From Acidobacteriota bacterium (GTDB taxonomy: Bacteria; Acidobacteriota; Polarisedimenticolia; Gp22-AA2; AA152): DNA of 64,000 bases. The notes below the pieces were generated by a model. It did not search any database. It was given only the letters and a program-made list of their open reading frames with translations, and was not told the origin of the DNA. The translations under genes and the position numbers were made by a program. This document shows, one piece after another, positions 62,735-64,000 of the stretch (the stretch's first letter is position 1; every line of letters starts with the position of its first letter). The DNA is taken from NCBI GenBank assembly GCA_022616665.1, contig JAKEFJ010000059.1, forward strand, positions 25,276-89,275, read 5' to 3'.

Positions 62735-63373
62735 ATGTTGTTTCCTGAGTCAGAAGGAATCTCCTGGCGGTGGCTCGCCGGGGTCGCCCTCGCAGGGGAA
62801 CTGTTGCTGAGCGGCTGCGCGTCCACCCCCAATCCCAATGTCGTCTCGCCTTACTCCACCAAGCTCAGCACCTTCAATTACAAAGATGAAGGGACCCTCG
62901 TCTTGATCATCGTGGGGGTGGAAGCGGCCCAATACAATGTCAAAGAGAAGTACTTCCCGCTGTTCGTCACCCTGGCCAACAAAGGGGCTCCAACGCTTCA
63001 CGTGACTCCCGAGAGCTTCACATTCGAAGACTCGCTGGGGCGCAAATTCAGCCCCGTGCCGCTCACCGTGATTCAGGCGGAGTACCACCGGGGAGAGTTT
63101 GATCGGAAGCTCTTCCGGCAGAATTACTCCTTCACGGGTACCTCCGTGGATCGCTATACCCCCATTGCCAGCAATTTCTATCCCTCCATCACGCGGGGCG
63201 TGGTCAACGATAACCTGCAACTGCCGCGCTTCGCTTACATGAACGACCTCTTGTACTTCCCGGTGCCCGAGCAGGGAGTGGTGGGAGGCCCTTTTCGCCT
63301 CTATTTCAAGACTCCGGAGCTCGAGGAAGCTGTGGTGGTGAGCTTCGAGATCGGGAGGGCGATGTCTCCTTGA
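62735..63373 (+). CDS. Hypothetical lipoprotein
   Basis: ATG 62735 after GAGGAGAGG (ORF-track TTG 62702 lies inside the terminator T-tract). Signal plus lipobox LLLSGC. The rest is soluble with no motif I recognise. Confidence 0.6.
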   Translation: MLFPESEGISWRWLAGVALAGELLLSGCASTPNPNVVSPYSTKLSTFNYKDEGTLVLIIVGVEAAQYNVKEKYFPLFVTLANKGAPTLHVTPESFTFEDSLGRKFSPVPLTVIQAEYHRGEFDRKLFRQNYSFTGTSVDRYTPIASNFYPSITRGVVNDNLQLPRFAYMNDLLYFPVPEQGVVGGPFRLYFKTPELEEAVVVSFEIGRAMSP

Positions 63374-64000
63374 GACCGCCTGCCTTCAACCTCACGGAGG
63401 AGGAGTTCCTTCGAATCCGGCAGCAAGGAAACCTGGTTCCGCTCTGCCGGGAGGTTGGCGCCGATCTTCTCACCCCCGTCCTGGCCGCCATGTCCCTCAC
63501 AGGAAAATCGCGCTACCACTTCCTCCTGGAATCGGTGGAAGGTGGCGAGTCCCTGGCCCGCTACACATTTCTGGGGAGGGACCCATATTGCGTCCTGCGG
63601 GCCAGGGGGAATCGGTCGCTCCTGGAGGAGCAGGGCCGAAGTCGGGAGCTGCCCGAAGACCCCCTGCGAGCGCTGGAGATGCTGGCCACGCGCTACCAGG
63701 CGGTGCACCTTCCCGATCTGCCCCGATTCTCGGGAGGCGGCGTGGGTTATCTCTCCTACGACCTGGTGAGGCTGAGAGAGAAAATCCCCTTGAGCGTCCA
63801 GGATGACCTGGGCCTTCCGGACCTGATTTTCGGGTTCTACGACTCGCTCCTTGCGTTCGATCATCTGCGTCAGCGCATCCAGATCCTGGTGCTCGTGCGC
63901 ACCGAAGAGGCGAAAGGGACGCCGAGACAGCAGTATCGCGAAGCGTGCCGGAGAATTCTCCAGATGGAGCGGGCCCTCTCGGATAGCACCCCGCTCCCGG
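63370..64000 (+). CDS. trpE: Anthranilate synthase component I, 3'-truncated by window edge
   Basis: Not in the ORF track because it runs off the window. TTG 63370 overlaps the upstream TGA (TTGA). Translation: ...LCREVGADLLTPVLAAMSL..SRYHFLLESVEGGESLARYTFLGRDP...LPRFSGGGVGYLSYDLVR, which is the classic TrpE N-terminal block pattern. Confidence 0.85.
   Translation, partial: MRPPAFNLTEEEFLRIRQQGNLVPLCREVGADLLTPVLAAMSLTGKSRYHFLLESVEGGESLARYTFLGRDPYCVLRARGNRSLLEEQGRSRELPEDPLRALEMLATRYQAVHLPDLPRFSGGGVGYLSYDLVRLREKIPLSVQDDLGLPDLIFGFYDSLLAFDHLRQRIQILVLVRTEEAKGTPRQQYREACRRILQMERALSDSTPLP

Noticed and set aside
1-64000. Searches by eye for tRNA/rRNA/tmRNA, CRISPR repeat arrays, IS elements or inverted terminal repeats, integrases, phage genes, toxin-antitoxin pairs, and restriction-modification or other defence systems.
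   Set aside because: The few intergenic gaps (1098-1344, 8934-9088, 39017-39185, 40887-40973, 41928-42054, 45101-45231, 56853-56993, 62599-62734) show no tRNA-like GTTCGAATC arms, periodic repeats or small-ORF pairs. No product has transposase, integrase or nuclease motifs that I recognise. A by-eye scan cannot exclude small ncRNAs.

Overview
GC-rich (about 60-65% by eye, not computed) chromosomal segment from a diderm (Gram-negative-type) bacterium. Evidence for the envelope type: lpxB, MlaEFD, an OPX exporter and a candidate outer-membrane barrel. Phylum cannot be assigned from sequence alone. Coding is dense and almost all on the plus strand, with many 4-nt start/stop overlaps (ATGA/GTGA/TTGA). 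All family calls rest on conserved motifs read by eye; no searches were run.

Layout:
(i) 1-4.5 kb: three GT-C type membrane glycosyltransferases. The first two are a recent tandem duplication.
(ii) 4.5-11.7 kb: plsC, a hydantoinase/oxoprolinase A/B pair, and mlaE-mlaF-mlaD.
(iii) 11.7-48.8 kb: a very large surface-polysaccharide locus. It holds nucleotide-sugar enzymes (Ugd, UDP-HexNAc dehydrogenase, three epimerase-type SDRs, UXS, an ArnA-DH-like SDR, ManC-like, and a WbpB/E/D-like trio). It also holds seven glycosyltransferases, two Wzy_C-domain proteins, and a GT-B::Wzx flippase fusion. The remaining genes are a WecA-type initiator fused to a WbaP/WbpM-type N-terminal module, a candidate barrel plus OPX, a Wzc-type tyrosine kinase, a carbamoyltransferase, an AsnB-like amidotransferase and an SGNH protein.
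(iv) 48.8-64 kb: housekeeping genes. These are DUF374-lpxB, yicC-gmk-rpoZ-coaBC-udg-priA, a second AsnB-like gene, selD, an aroD-aroE fusion, a ThiF-like E1, a lipoprotein and partial trpE.

I found no rRNA, tRNA, CRISPR, transposase, integrase, phage or recognisable defence genes.

Most notable observations:
- the unusual domain fusions in the polysaccharide assembly line;
- several polyprenyl-phosphate-sugar synthase / GT-C pairings;
- selD with an in-frame TGA at the catalytic Cys/Sec position, which the ORF track splits into two ORFs;
- a DUF374 gene interrupted at an A9 run;
- a stop-codon loss in one copy of the tandem duplication.

I see no clearly new non-polysaccharide system. The novelty candidate here is the architecture of the polysaccharide pathway.
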